This document shows positions 13,445-26,049 of a stretch of 64,000 bases of DNA, piece by piece. Both the position numbers and the translations under genes were made by a program. Every line of letters starts with the position of its first letter. The first letter of the stretch is position 1. The notes under the pieces were generated by a model. That model had not been told where the DNA came from and searched no databases. It worked only from the letters and a program-made list of their open reading frames with translations. The stretch lies in assembly GCF_963921235.1 (NCBI RefSeq), contig NC_086108.1:58654001-58718000 (forward strand), in the 5' to 3' direction. Source of the DNA: Mobula hypostoma. Its lineage: Eukaryota.

Positions 13445-14720
13445 CTTAGAGTCATAGAGCAAAACAGCACAAATACATCTCCTTCAGCCCAACGAGTCCA
13501 TGCTGTCCAATTTGTCCATTTACCTAGCCCCAATTTTCTGCATTAGGTCCATATCTCCAGTCTCTTCCCTCTATGTAACCTGTACAAGTGCTTGTTAAAT
13601 GATACCTTTGTACCTGCCTCTACCATTTCTTCTGGCATCTGGATCCATCTACTCATCACCCTCTGTGTGAAAAAATTTGCCCCACAGGTCTGTTTTAAAC
13701 CTTTCCCCTCTCATTCTAAATTTTGCCCCTTAGTTTTGGATCCTCTACCCTGGGAAAACAACTGTTCACATTATCTATGTCTTGTATCATTTTAAAACAC
13801 TTTTGTAAGGTTGCTCGTCTTTTGTTCTAAGGAATAAAAATCTGAACATGCCAACCTCTCTTATAACTTAGACACCCTAGTCCTGGAAATATCCTCATGA
13901 TTGTTTTCTGTATTCTTTTCAGTTTAACTACATCTTTCCTATAACAAGGTGGACAAAACTAAACACAGTACTCCAAATGTGGCCTTTCCAATGACTTCTT
14001 CAATTGCAATATCATGTCCAACTCCTAAACCAAGTGACTTGACTGATAAAGGTCATTATCAGCACTCTTTCTACTTGTGATTCTGCTTTCAATGAACTAT
14101 GTGCTTGTACTACGAGACGCCTCTATGCCATTAGACTCCCTAGTGTCAACTGCTAATAATATAATTTCTACACTGGCTTGACTTTCCAAACTGGATCACC
14201 TCACACATATCTGTATTGAAATCCATTTGTCACTCCTCAGTCAACTTCCCTAACTGATCAAGATCTCCGAACTGACAATAACTTACTTTGCTATCAGAAA
14301 CATCTCCTAATTTCACATTATCTGTAACATTGCTGATCCAGCCCTGCGTGTTCACACTATATCATTCACAGATTATAAATAATGAATACTAGAGTCTTAA
14401 CAACCACACCTGTGGCACACCAATAGCCATCAACCTCTATTCTGAGAAAAACCTTCAACCACCACCCTCTGCTTCCTACCTCTGAGAAAATTTTGAATCC
14501 ACTTAACTAACTTTCCCAGGATTCCATGGGATCTAACCTTCCAGACCAGCCTTTCATCCTGGACCTTGTCAAAGGACTTGCTAAAGGTCAAACAGACTGC
14601 CCTATCCTCATCTATTCTTTTGCTTAACTCTTCAAGGAACTCCAAAGGATTTGTGAAACACAATTTCCTATATACAAAGCCACAGTGACTCCTCCTCATC
14701 AGCTTCCTACTAAACACCAG
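13445..14720 (-). mobile_element. Old CR1 LINE, decayed
   Basis: Minus-strand CFTNPLEFLEE..FSKSFDKV..HGILGKLVKWIQNFL; CR1 3' end at the left. Confidence 0.8.
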
Positions 14721-15671
14721 TAGAATAGTCCAAAAGTTCCTAGAAATTGAGAAATAAGTGTGCTTGGCTAGGCTCGTACCTCAGGTTTTACCTGCATGAG
14801 CTGAGAGAATAAGTAAGTATGTAAGTTAAATAAATAAATAAATAAATAAAACTGAGAACATGAGTTGTAGAGTCCTTGAAAATGAGTCCATACATTGTGT
14901 TCAGTGATCATTTCAGGGGTGAGGTGGGTGAACTTATCCACAATAGTTCAGGAGACATAGATAATGTGACTGGTGTTCAGACTCCTGAACACAAAAGTTC
15001 AGGAGACTAGAGGATAATAACTGATTTTTGGACCTGGTGGTGTAGGACCTAAAGCTCCTGTTCCTCCTCCCTGATGGCAGCAGTGAGGAGAGAGTATGGC
15101 TCAGATGGTGGGTATCCCTGATGATGGATGCTGCTTTCTTGTGACAGCGCTCCTTGGAAGTGTGCTCAATGATGAAGATGTCATTTCCTGTGATGGACTG
15201 GGCTGTATCCATCACTTTTTGTAGACTTTTCCATTCTTGGGCATTGATGTTTTCACGTTAGGCCATGATGCATCTGGTCAGGATACTCTCCAATACGCAT
15301 CCATAGAAGTCTGTCAGAGTTTTAGATGATATGTCATATCTGCAGAAAATTCTAAGAAAGTTGAGGCACTGATGTCCCTTCTTTGAGTTGTGAGTAGATA
15401 TAGGACTGATAGAAAATGATGCTGGAGAAATTGTAATGGGAGATAAGGAGACGGCGGAGGAACTGAACGAGTACTTTGCATCAGTCTTCACTGAGGAAGA
15501 CATCAGCAGTATACCGGACACTCAAGGGTGGCAGGGAAGAGAAGCGTGCGCAGTCACAATTACGACAGAGAAAGTACTCAGGAAGCTGAATAATCTAAAG
15601 GTAGATAAATCTCCCGGACCAGATGGAATGCACCCTCGTGTTCTGAAGGAAGTAGCTGTGGAGATTGTGGA

Positions 15672-17266
15672 CGTCATGGTCTGGACTGTGAAGTCCGTAT
15701 TCCAGTTCACGGTCCGGTCCGTAGACTCAGGCCTCCGGGTCTTCCAGCTGTCCCTTGTTTGAATTAATCATAGGCACCTGATTCCCATCTTTGGGCTTGC
15801 AATATAAGTAGCCTTGGGATTGAGTGTGGGCTGCTGGTTTGTCTTGTCAGTCCTCCTTGGAGCAACCTGCTGATGGAAGGCTAGTGAAACCATTTGTGAC
15901 CTCTAGGCCTGTTTGGAGGACCACTGCTTCATGGAGCCTTGTTGCCACTTGTTGGAGTGGTCTTTGCAGTATGAATTTGGCTGTTTCCTGGGCCAGCTGA
16001 TTGGCTGCCAGCCACTCCAAGCTAAGTAGGGATCTGGCTGTTTCCATAGCCAGCTGAGGTTGCTGGCTGAACTGAGACTTGGAGCTTCCCTGGAGCAGAG
16101 ATGGAGCTGTCTGTTGTTCTTTGGTGTTAGTCTCCTCTTGTCCTTGCCTCTGTAGGGTAAGTCAAGCTGTTTTGCTGTTGCCCTGCAGAGGGATCTGTCT
16201 TGTCTTGTCCTCACCTCTGTGGGTAAGCCAGGCTGTTTTGCCGTTGCCCTGCGGGGGGATCTGTCTTGTCTTGTCCTTGCCTCTGTGGAGTAAGTCAGGC
16301 TGTTTTACTGTTGCTCTAAGGAGAGTCCTGCCTTGTCTTGTCCTCGCCTCTGTGCGGTTAGTCAGGCCATTTTGCCATTGCCCTGCAGGGGGACCTCTCT
16401 TGTCTTGTCTCTGTTGGGTAAGTCTGGCCGTTCTGCTGTTATCTGACAGAGACCTGTCCCACCTTGGTGCGGAGATGAAGTTGAGTCCTGGCTTGTCGTA
16501 GGATAAGTCCCAGCTCTATGTCTATGTTCTGTCCTGTCTCATGTTTGTGTTGTGTTAAAGATGAGTCCTGGCTTGTTGAAGGATAAGTCCTAGCTCTATG
16601 TTGATGTTCAGTTCCCAGTCTCTCTCTCTCAGCTCCAGACTCCAAGTTATCAGCCTCTGCATTACAAGATGAAGATCCCAAGCCACAGGGATCCCAAGCC
16701 AAGCTCGAGCTCCAAGACCCCGAGGCTCGAGGATGCCAAGCTCGAGCTCCAAGACCCCGAGGCTCGAGGATGCCAAGCTCGAGCTCCAAGACCCCGAGGC
16801 TCGAGGATGCCAAGCTCGAGCTCCAAGACCCAGGACCCCAAGCCTCAAGCCATGTCATGACCTTGCCCGGTTCTGGGGTCTGAGCCTGAGGCAAGACCCA
16901 GGTTCTGGGTCCTTGTCCAGTCTTGGGCTCGGAGTCCAAGCCTTGTCTTGTCTCCAAGCTCAGACCTCTAGACCCCAGCCACTTCCTGTCCTGAAGCCAT
17001 GTTATGTCCTTGCCTGGTTCCAGAGTCCGAGCACGAGGAAAGATCGAGGTTTTGGGTCCTTGTCCAGTCTCGGGCTTGGAGTCCAAGCCTTGGCTCCTAG
17101 TCCATGGTTCCTAGTCCTGGTCCCGCTTTCCCTAGCCCAATTCTGTGTTCTTGTCCCTGCTCCTTGCCTGAATCCTGTCACGTCCCTACTCTAGTCAAGT
17201 CCTGTTCCTTGTACTTCAGTGTCTGTGTCTTGCATTTGGGTCCGTTCCCAGTACCCGCATGTGACA
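15672..17266 (+). mobile_element. Solo LTR (1.6 kb, Gypsy-like) with 5-bp TSD GTGGA
   Basis: Termini cGTCA...TGACA; GTGGA at 15667-15671 and 17267-17271; removing it restores the CR1 frame EIVEAL; TATA-like aatataag near 15801 (orientation inferred from this). Confidence 0.8.
16699..16831. repeat. 37-bp minisatellite, 3 perfect copies plus a partial copy
   Basis: CCAAGCTCGAGCTCCAAGACCCCGAGGCTCGAGGATG at 16699, 16736, 16773; partial at 16810. Confidence 0.95.
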
Positions 17267-19043
17267 GTGGAGGCATTAGCGATGATCTTCCAAAAGTCGA
17301 TAGATTCTGGCATGGTTCTGGAGGACTGGAAGATTGCAAATGTCACTCTGCTATTTAAGAAGGGGGCAAGGAAGCAAAAAGAAAATTATAGACCTGTTAG
17401 CTTGACATCGGGGGTTGGGAATTTGTTGGAGTCGATTGTCAAGGATGAGGTTACAGAGTACCTGGAGGCATATGATAAGATGGGCAGAACTGAGCATGGA
17501 TTCCTTAAATGAAAATCCTGCCTGACAAACCTATTACAATTTTTTGAGGAAATTACAAGTAGTCTAGACAAGGGAGATGTAGTGGATGTTGTATATTTGG
17601 ATTTTCAGAAGGCCTTTGACAAGGTGCCACACATGAGGCTACTTAACAAGATAAGAGCCCATGGAATTACGGGAAGGTTACATACATGGACAGTGTTGGC
17701 TGATTGGCAGGAAACAGAGTGGGAATAAAGGGATCCTATTCTGGTTGGCTGCCGGTTACCAGTGGTGTTCCACAGGGGTCCATGTTGGGGCCGCTTCTTT
17801 TTACATTGTACATCAATGATTTGGATTATGGAATAGATGGCTCTGTGGCTAAATTTGTTGACAATAAGAAGATAGGTGGAGGGGCCAGTAGTTCTGAGGA
17901 AATAGTCTGCAAAGAGACTTGGATAGATTGGAAGAATGGGCAAAGAAGTGGCAAATGAAATACAATGTTGGAAAGTGTATGGTTATGCACTTTAGCAGAA
18001 GAAATAAATGGGCAGACTATTTAAATGGGGAAAGAATTCAAAGTTCTGAGATGCGATGGGACTTGGGAGTCATTGTACAGGATACCCTTAAGGTTAACCT
18101 CCAGGTTGAGTCGGTGGTGAAGAAGGTGAATGCAATATTGGCATTCATTTCTGGAGGAATAGAGTATAGGAGCAGGGATGTGATGTTGAGGCTCTATAAG
18201 GTGCTGGTGAGACCTCACTTGGAGTACTGTGGGCAGTTTTGGTCTCCTTATTTAAGAAAGGATGTGCTGACGTTGGAGAGGGTACAGAGAAGATTCACTA
18301 AAATGATTCTGGGAATGAGACGGTTAACATATGAGGAATGTTTGTCCGCTCTTGGACTGTATTCCTTGGAGTTTAGAAGAATGAGGGGAGACCTCATAGA
18401 AACATTTCGAATGTTGAAAGGCATGGACAGAGTGGATGTGGCAGAGTTGTTTCCCATGCTGGGGGAGTCTAGTATGAGAGGGCATGACTTAAGGATTGAA
18501 GGGTGCCCATTCAGAACAGATGCAAATAATTTTTTTTTTAGCCAGAGGGTGGTGAATCTATAGAATTTGTTGCCACGGGCAGCAGTGGAGGCCAAGTCAT
18601 TGGGTGTATTTAAGGCAGAGATTGATGCGTATCTGAGTAGCCAGGGCATCAAAGGTTATGGTGAGAAGGCAGGGGAGTGAGACCAAACAGGAGAATGGAT
18701 CAGCTCATGATAAAATGGCAGAGCAGACTCAATGGGCCGAATGGCCTACTTCTGCTCCTTTGTCTTACGGTCTTATGGTCTTTGTAATGGTGCTTAAATG
18801 CTGGTCCCAGGATAGATCCTCTGAAATGATAATGCCAAGGGATTGAAAGCTACTGATCTTTTCCACCTGGCTCATGAACTTCCGGCGGCTGCATCATGTC
18901 ATCAATAATCAGCTCTTTGGTTCTGCTGATGTTGAGTGAGAGGTTGTTGTGCAACACTCAGGCAGATTTTCAATCTCCCTGATATGCTGACTCATCACTA
19001 CCTTTGATTCGGCCAACAACAGTGGTGTCGTCAGTGAGCTTAA

Positions 19044-19469
19044 CCCTTACATACCACTCGGGTCAAAATTAACCTATTTTGACATTTGACAGCAGTAAAA
19101 AAAAACACCTTAAATGCCATTTTTTTTTTTTTAGCCGAAATTTGATGACTTTTCCTAAAATGACCCAAAATGTGCAAAAATGAAAATATTTAATGTTGTA
19201 CTTTTGTACAGATGCTACAAATTTTTGTACATTGAGGCTGTTCCGGGTCAAATTTGACCCGTATCTATTGAAATGGATTTTATGTCTCTGAAACATTAAT
19301 TAAGGATTAATCACCCATTTATTAATGTCAGATAGGCTATTTATACATTCTGAATAGACCTGTGGTTCAAAATTTGGTATAGACACTTGTTATGAGGGGA
19401 TTCTTGGGCCGGGTTAAAATTGACCCGGATCATACTGTGAAGGTATAGAATATGAACTGTATGTAAGGG
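19044..19469. mobile_element. Non-autonomous piggyBac element (MITE)
   Basis: TTAA TSD at 19040-19043 and 19470-19473; 11-bp TIR CCCTTACATAC/GTATGTAAGGG; internal CGGGTCAAATTTGACCCG-type palindromes. Confidence 0.9.
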
Positions 19470-20299
19470 TTAAATATGGCATTAGAGCTGTACTTAGCCT
19501 CACAGTCATAAGTGTAATGTGATTAGAGTAGGAGGCCAAACACACAGCCTTGCGGTACACTTGTGCTGGTGGTGATTATGGAGGAGATGCTGTTGCCAAT
19601 CCAAACTGACTAGGGTCTGCAAATGAGGAGATCAAGGCCTGAGTCTTGGAACTTACTTATTATTTTTGAGGAGATGATAGTGTTGAACGCTGAGCTGTAG
19701 TCAATGAAGAGCATCCTGATGTATGCATTTTCACTGTCCAGGTGCTCCAGAGTTGAACGTATAGCCAATTAAATTGCACCTGCTGTTGACCTGTAATGAC
19801 AGTAAGGAAATTGGAGCAGAATTCCCTCCAGTATCTGACCCAATACTGACCTGCAGTTCCCTGCTTGTCCTTCCTACCCTTCTGAAAGAACGGAATGACA
19901 TTAGCTACCTTCTAGTCTTCAGGAATGTCACTGGTGGCTAATGATGGAGCAAATACTTCTGCAAGGAACTCCAGTTACTTCTCCAGCCTCCCACAAAGTT
20001 TAGGACCCTAACCTGTGACCCATCCTATTTTTTTCCAATACTTAAAACTAATAGAATTATGATCGGTTGAACCAAAGTGCTCCCTGACTACCATTTCAGT
20101 GACTTGCCCTTCCTTGTTCCCTAAGAGGAGGTACACTAGTGCACCCTCCTGAATAAGGCCCTCTATACATTGACTCAGGAAACTTCCCTGGACACCTGTC
20201 TACGACCACTGTTTGCCTTCTGTGTTCTGGATCAAATAAAATCCGTGAGGATTGTGCCTACTTATGGTGGCAACTCAGCATGCCTGCATTTCATTAACC

Positions 20300-20460
20300 C
20301 TAACCTATCTGACTGGAATGTGGAGGAAATTGGGACACCTAGAGGAAATCCATACAGTCATGGGAGAATGAACAAACTCCTTAGAGAGAGCAGTGGGAAT
20401 TGAACCGTGATCTTACAGCTGGCTCTGTAAAACATTGTACTAACTATGTCTCTAACTATC
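20300..20460 (-). mobile_element. V-SINE (HE1-like) fragment
   Basis: ggaggaaat..gaggaaatccatacagtcatgggagaatgaacaaactcc resembles the V-domain reverse complement; B-box ggttcaattccc on minus. Confidence 0.6.
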
Positions 20461-20812
20461 TGCTCCATGTCTCTGCTTGTGCTAAATAAAGGCCTATTAA
20501 CCCACACTTCTGATCTTCATGTGTCTCATTCAAAATCAGAACATTTGGTACCGTGGACCCCACCCTTTCACCTCTCACTTCTGACACCCGTAGTCACTTC
20601 ACAAGAAAAGCAGGTCTTTTTTTGGGTTGGACTGAAAGCCAAGCACTGTGGAAATGACAGGGTAAGAAACGCAAGAGATGTCAGAGTCCAGAGCTTATTA
20701 CAAACTACTGGTGGAACATCAGGCAGGATCTGAAAAGGGAAAGTGGACAATCGACAACTTGGGATGAAATCCTTCATCTGGACTCCAAGGAGAAATGTGT
20801 CCTTAATCACCT

Positions 20813-21380
20813 AACAGAATATAAAAGCAGGGATGTAAAGCTGAGGCTTTATAATGCTTTAGTCCGACCACACTTGGAGAATGGTGAGCAGCTTGGGTCT
20901 CTTATCTAAGAAGGGATATACTGGCATTGGAGAGGGTCCAGAAGAGGTTCACGAGAATGATCCCAGGAATGATAGGGTTAACATATGAGAAGCATTTAAT
21001 GGCTCTGGGCTGTACTTGCTGCGGTTTAAGAAAATGAGGGGGGATCTCAATGAAACCTATCAAGTATTAAAAGGCCTAGATAAAGTGGACATGGAGAAGA
21101 TGTTTCCTATAGTGGGGGAGTCTCGGATCAGAGGGCACAGCCTCAGAATAGAGGGATGTACCTTTTAGAACAGAGATGAGGAGGGATTTCTTTAGCCAGA
21201 GGGTGGTGGATCTGTAGAATTCTTTGCCACGTTCAGCTGTGGAGGTTGATAGGTTCTTGATTAGTCAGGGCATCAAAGATTACGGGGAGTAGGCAGGACG
21301 ATGGGGTTAAGAGGGATAATAAATCAGCCATGATGGAATGGTGGAGCAGACTCCATACTCCTGTCTTACAGTCTTGTAGT
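20813..21380 (+). mobile_element. CR1 3' fragment
   Basis: Similarity to the CR1 RT C-terminus and 3' UTR of other copies in the window. Confidence 0.8.
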
Positions 21381-22094
21381 CTAATAATTGTGCATTTTCC
21401 TTAGCTTCTACTAAGTGGAACAGAACTTTGAAAGTAGGATCTAATGCAATGGTGCATTTTGAAGTTCTGTTTAGCACTCACAATGGTAGAGAAAACTCTG
21501 CCCAGGTAGGTCATAAAGAGACACTGGCCTGAAAGGCTTATGTTCTTTCCCTTTCCCATTCCAGATGGGCGTCTTCTCCTGCCTGCCTTAGTAATGCAGA
21601 TAATATTTTTTTTACAGGGTCGGAAACTGATCTTTACAAGCCTGTTGGGGCACAAGCCTTTTCAGATTGAGTGATTGTAGAAATGTGTGTCACCAGCTGA
21701 CACTCAGTTCTGTTTACAATATTGAGCTCCTTAACCCCTTAACCCCAATCTGTAGATAATTCTACAGCTACTCAGTAAGCCATCTCCCCTCAATACTTTA
21801 TTGCTTCTGATTTATGAGCATGTCAGTCTCAACAACATGAAAGTGTATTTATATAGCTCTTTGTACTTACATAACCCCTTTCACATAAAACATCTGAAGG
21901 CTTCATGCGAGTGCTATTTGAAATCAGTGTGACAACGAGCTACATAATAACTTGAGTCATACAGCACAGAAAAGATCCTTCTGTTATTTTTCTCTCCACA
22001 GATGCTGCCTGACTTGCTAGGTTTTTCCAGCATTCCCTGCAATTTTCTCACTAATAGATCGGCATTCCCACACTTTTGAATAGACCACTTAAAA

Positions 22095-23103
22095 CAATAA
22101 AGATGTTGCAGTTATGTAAGACGCTGGCGAGGGCAGATCTGGAGTAGTTCTGGTCACCTACCTACAGGAAAAAGTTCAATAAGATGGGGTTGAAAGGCAT
22201 CATCAATCAGCCATGATGGATCGGTAGAGAAACTCGATGGGCCAAATTGCCTAATTCTGCTCCTCTGGTATTATGGTCTAAGATTGAAAGAGTACCGAGA
22301 AAATTTACAAGGATGTTGCCAAGACTTGAGGATCTGAGTTAAAGCAAAAGGTTGGTTAGATTAGGACTTTTGTACCTGTTGTATAGGAGAATGAAGGGAG
22401 ATTTGATAGAGGCATACAAAATTATTAGGGGCACAGATAGGGTAATTGCAAGCAAACTTTTTCCACTGAGGTCATATAAGACTAGAACTGGAGGTCACAC
22501 TAGAGCCGTGAGGTAATGTTACAGCGATATAAGACCTTGGTCAGACCCCACTCGGAGTATTGTACTCAGTTCTGGTCGCCTCTCTGCAGGAAGGATGTGG
22601 ATACTATAGAGAGAGTGCAAAGGAGATTTACAAGTATGTTTCCTGGATTGGAGAGCGTACCTTACGAGAATAGGTTGAATGTACTTGGCCTTTTCTCCTT
22701 GGAGCGACAGAGGATGAGAGGTGACCTGACAGAGGTGTTTAAAATGGTGAGAGGCATTGATTGTGTGGATAGCCAGAGGCTTTTTCCCAGGGCTGAAATG
22801 GCTAATACGAGGGGGCATAGTTTTAAGGTGCTCGGAGGTAGGTACCGAGTGGATATCAGGGGTAGGTTTTTCACGCAGAGAGTGGTGGGTGCATGGAATG
22901 CACTGCCGGCAATGGTGGTGGAAGAGGATACAATAGGGTCTTTTAAGAGCCTCCTACATAGGTACATGGAGCTTAGAAAAATAGAGAGCTATGCGATAGG
23001 GAAATTCTAGGCAGTTTCTAGAGTAGGTTACATGGTTGGCACAACATTGTGAGCTGAAGGGCCTGTAATGTACTGTAGATTTCTATGTTCTATGTTCTAT
23101 GTT
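22095..23103 (+). mobile_element. Cluster of CR1 3' fragments (youngest 22503-23103)
   Basis: YKTLVRPHSEYCTQFWSP...FFTQRVVGAWNALP; (TTCTATG)n tail. Confidence 0.85.
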
Positions 23104-23454
23104 CACTTCACAGACTCCATCCTGTCAAAGATGTTAACACTCTGGGTGGCCCTGTCATTACCAGGGTAGGTAAAAATGCTCCATTCTTGTTATCCTTTCA
23201 AATATAAACAATTTCTCCACTCCTCCTCAAATTCTCACTGACTGTTTAGAATTCTATAATGCACCCCCACTAGAGTGACTCTCCTCTTCATGTTCCTAAA
23301 TTTTATACATGTGGCCTCACTGAATGATCCTCTAAAGATGTTTTCTCTAAGCACTACTGTTACGTCCTCCCCTATCAAAAAGGGAGCATGGCCTCCTCAC
23401 TTACCTGTATGGCTGTTATGTCTGTAGCATCTGTATCTTGGAACATTGGGGTTC

Positions 23455-23915
23455 TATTGATCTATCCTCCCTCCAATTTCTCTTCTCCCTGTACTGTACT
23501 TTCTCACCTCCAAGCAACCTTTACACTTTCCTCAATCATTCTCTTTCTTTCCTTTGCTTTCTCACTCCCCTATTGCACTTTCTACCTAGTTTGTACACAT
23601 AAACTCCGCACCATGCTCTCATTGAAGCATACCTATTCACCTTCATCTCCCTTTCTTCTGCTCTGTTGTTCTCTCCCTGGCTCCATCTCCTTCTGTCCTG
23701 TTCTATCACTCAGCCCAAAACTTTGTTGTTCAGCTTCCTCATCTATTTCCTTTCTCTTCTGTTACTCCCTCCACCACTTTCCCCATCTGGCCTCTTCCCT
23801 TTCATGCTCTTTCATCCATTGTTTTTCTCCCCTTCTACTGCTCTTTCTTCTCTCCATCCCATTGATAACATCTTCATTTACATTCTCCCCACTTTTTACT
23901 TCTGTTTTCATGACA
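23455..23915. repeat. Pyrimidine-rich (CT) low-complexity tract
   Basis: Strong C/T bias; the overlapping S/L/F/P-rich ORFs are compositional. Confidence 0.75.
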
Positions 23916-23936
23916 TCATTTATCCAAAATTAAGTA

Positions 23937-24818
23937 TAGTGGATTTCGATTATTGGGCCGTTGATCAACCAGGTAACCACTTATTTGGGACAACTCTTAA
24001 AGGACAAAATCTAATTGAGAAAATAGCCGGGATTCTCTTCATTTATTTGGGACACTATGCCACTTAATTGGGGTAGGAGCCTGCTGCCAAACAGTTCCTA
24101 ACCAGCGTGAGTTGCATGGATTTGATAGCTGTTAGATACTACACCATGCTTAGAGTAAACAGATTTTAAATAGTGTCAGTTTGTATTCAAAAAACAGTGA
24201 TCCTTGTCACTGTTGACAAGAAATAAGTAGTAAGACAATTCAGAACTGCGGTTCCCAGCATTCAGGCTTGGAGATGCCAGAAACAGCTGGGAGTGAAAAT
24301 GAAACAATTTCACTTTTTCAACAAGTTATAACTGCGAAGAAATTGAAGGTATCACCAACCATTTTAATGTTACAATGAGAATGAAGATTTGAAGGATGCA
24401 ATCATTGAATGGATTGTATGAAGGTGATCCATTATCTGCACTAGGTGTCTGACCTGATTTTGTTCATTTACAGTCAATCAAAAGAGCATAGCAGTATACA
24501 CATTTTCAGTTCTTCCATTGATAACTGTTAGGAAGTACTAAAGGGTTTCGGCCTGAAACACCGACTGTACTCTTTTTCTAGATGCCTGCCAAGTTCCTCC
24601 AGCATTTCGTGTGTGTTGCTAGGAACTAATACACAGATTTATAGTACTGTAGTGTTCTCAGTTGTTTTGTATTTCATTTAATACATAATTTGTTACTTAC
24701 TTAAATGATAGTTTGTCTTTTTTATACCTTTTTAATGATTTCCATGATACTTTGGCTACTTTGGGCAGCCATTTAATTGGTCCAAAAAGTAGTGGTCCAA
24801 ATTAACAGGAATCCAGTG
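23937..24818. mobile_element. Non-autonomous pogo/Tigger-like DNA transposon
   Basis: TA on both flanks; imperfect TIR tAGTGGATTTCGATTATTGGGCC versus reverse complement CACTGGATTCCTGTTAATTTGGACC; PLE-derived repeat nested at 24540-24620. Confidence 0.65.
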
Positions 24819-26049
24819 TATATCCCTTTTTTAAAAATTAATTTTTATGTGTTTCTATAATACAGCTACAGAGAAAAACCCATCAACAAAATAGAGATTT
24901 ATACAGTGCAAAGCAAACATGTCCAATATATAATTCATAAGAATAAGGAAAAAGCACCCAAAATAAAATCATATAAGATTAGTGTCCTCTCCATCTCTTT
25001 TGAAAAATATCAGATAAATGATGATCAGTTTGGATTTATATCAGATGAATTTCATCTGAGCAGCCATATAGAATTTTTTAAGAAGCTGTAGGTCAAGTTG
25101 ATGTAATAAAGTAGTATAAATTATTCCCCTCAGTGTTCAAACGACCTTTGCTCAATTATTTCTGAGAAAGCATTAAGATAACTAGCAAAAACAAGGTGTA
25201 ATATAGCTAAAGCTGAAGTGGACAGTAGCTTCCATTATTAGGGAGACGTAAGCTTGTAAAAAAATAATTGAACGTAATTGTTCACAAATTAAATACAGCA
25301 GTTGCAAGGTAGTCTCAATAATTTTCAGTTAGTTCAACATGTATTGTAGCTGTGGCAAAGATCTCAACAAATTGGAAAATGAAAGATTTCAAGAGATACT
25401 CACTACAAAACAACTTTAAGGAAAGGTATATATTTATATCCTAATTTTTAAACTGTATAAAAAATGTTCAAATTGTCTGATGGAAACTATTCAAGAAAAA
25501 ATGGGCCTCCAGCCAAAGATTGAGCTTTTAAGGAAATGTGAATGAAACATAATTTCAGGCCATATTGGAGAAATTAATTTACTTAAAATTTTCAGAAGTT
25601 GCCTTGATGTTGTGCAGAGCACTAAATAGATTATATCTGCTCTACTCTGGCAGGCCTAGTATAAGGAGCCTTCTTGGATCTGGAGGCATTTTATGGTGAT
25701 GCCATGAAACTAATCCCTGAGTTTGAAAGGGAATGGTTATAATAGCCTAGAATTCCTTAGCTGCGGTGAATCATACATAGTCCATGCTAATCTCCTAGCT
25801 CAATTAGCCTTTCCCTTGTGGAGATCCTGCAGCAAGAATGTCCTTGCAATATTACTTTGAAGAATTCTGCAAAAAGGACCAATCAGTTCAACACTGATGA
25901 GCACTAATTACGAAATTTCTGATTGCTGCATTCACACAAGCTTACATGGAAATCCTGAACCCTCACACCAGATGGTCGACTGCTAGCAGTTTCTTGAAGA
26001 CAGAATCTGGTGAAAAAAAATTCTAATCATTCAGCAGGCTGCAATCAGC

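Larger units (their letters stand above)
15390..18780 (+). mobile_element. CR1 LINE, 5'-truncated, interrupted by a solo LTR
   Basis: LNEYFASVFT, KSPGPDGMHPRVLKE, NYRPVSL, RPHLEYCGQFW; (TTATGGTC) tail. Confidence 0.9.
14815..19810 (-). mobile_element. Rex1/Babar-type LINE, split by a CR1 (about 15390-18780) and a piggyBac MITE
   Basis: KKAASIIRDTHH..LLPSGRR and LTDFYGCVLESILT on minus; continuation after 18780 matches the 3400-4050 copy. Confidence 0.8.

Noticed and set aside
16699..16831. 37-bp repeats as a CRISPR array
   Set aside because: Head-to-tail with no spacers, no cas genes, eukaryotic context
16079..17358. Several 100-215 aa ORFs on both strands
   Set aside because: By-products of GC-rich tandem repeats within an LTR; no domain motifs
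23388..24067. Hydrophobic ORFs as membrane proteins
   Set aside because: Translation of a CT-rich low-complexity tract
25880..25927. CTGATGA...CGAAA inside caatcag/ctgattg, as a hammerhead or C/D snoRNA
   Set aside because: No stem I, no real stem II, and too short for a C/D snoRNA
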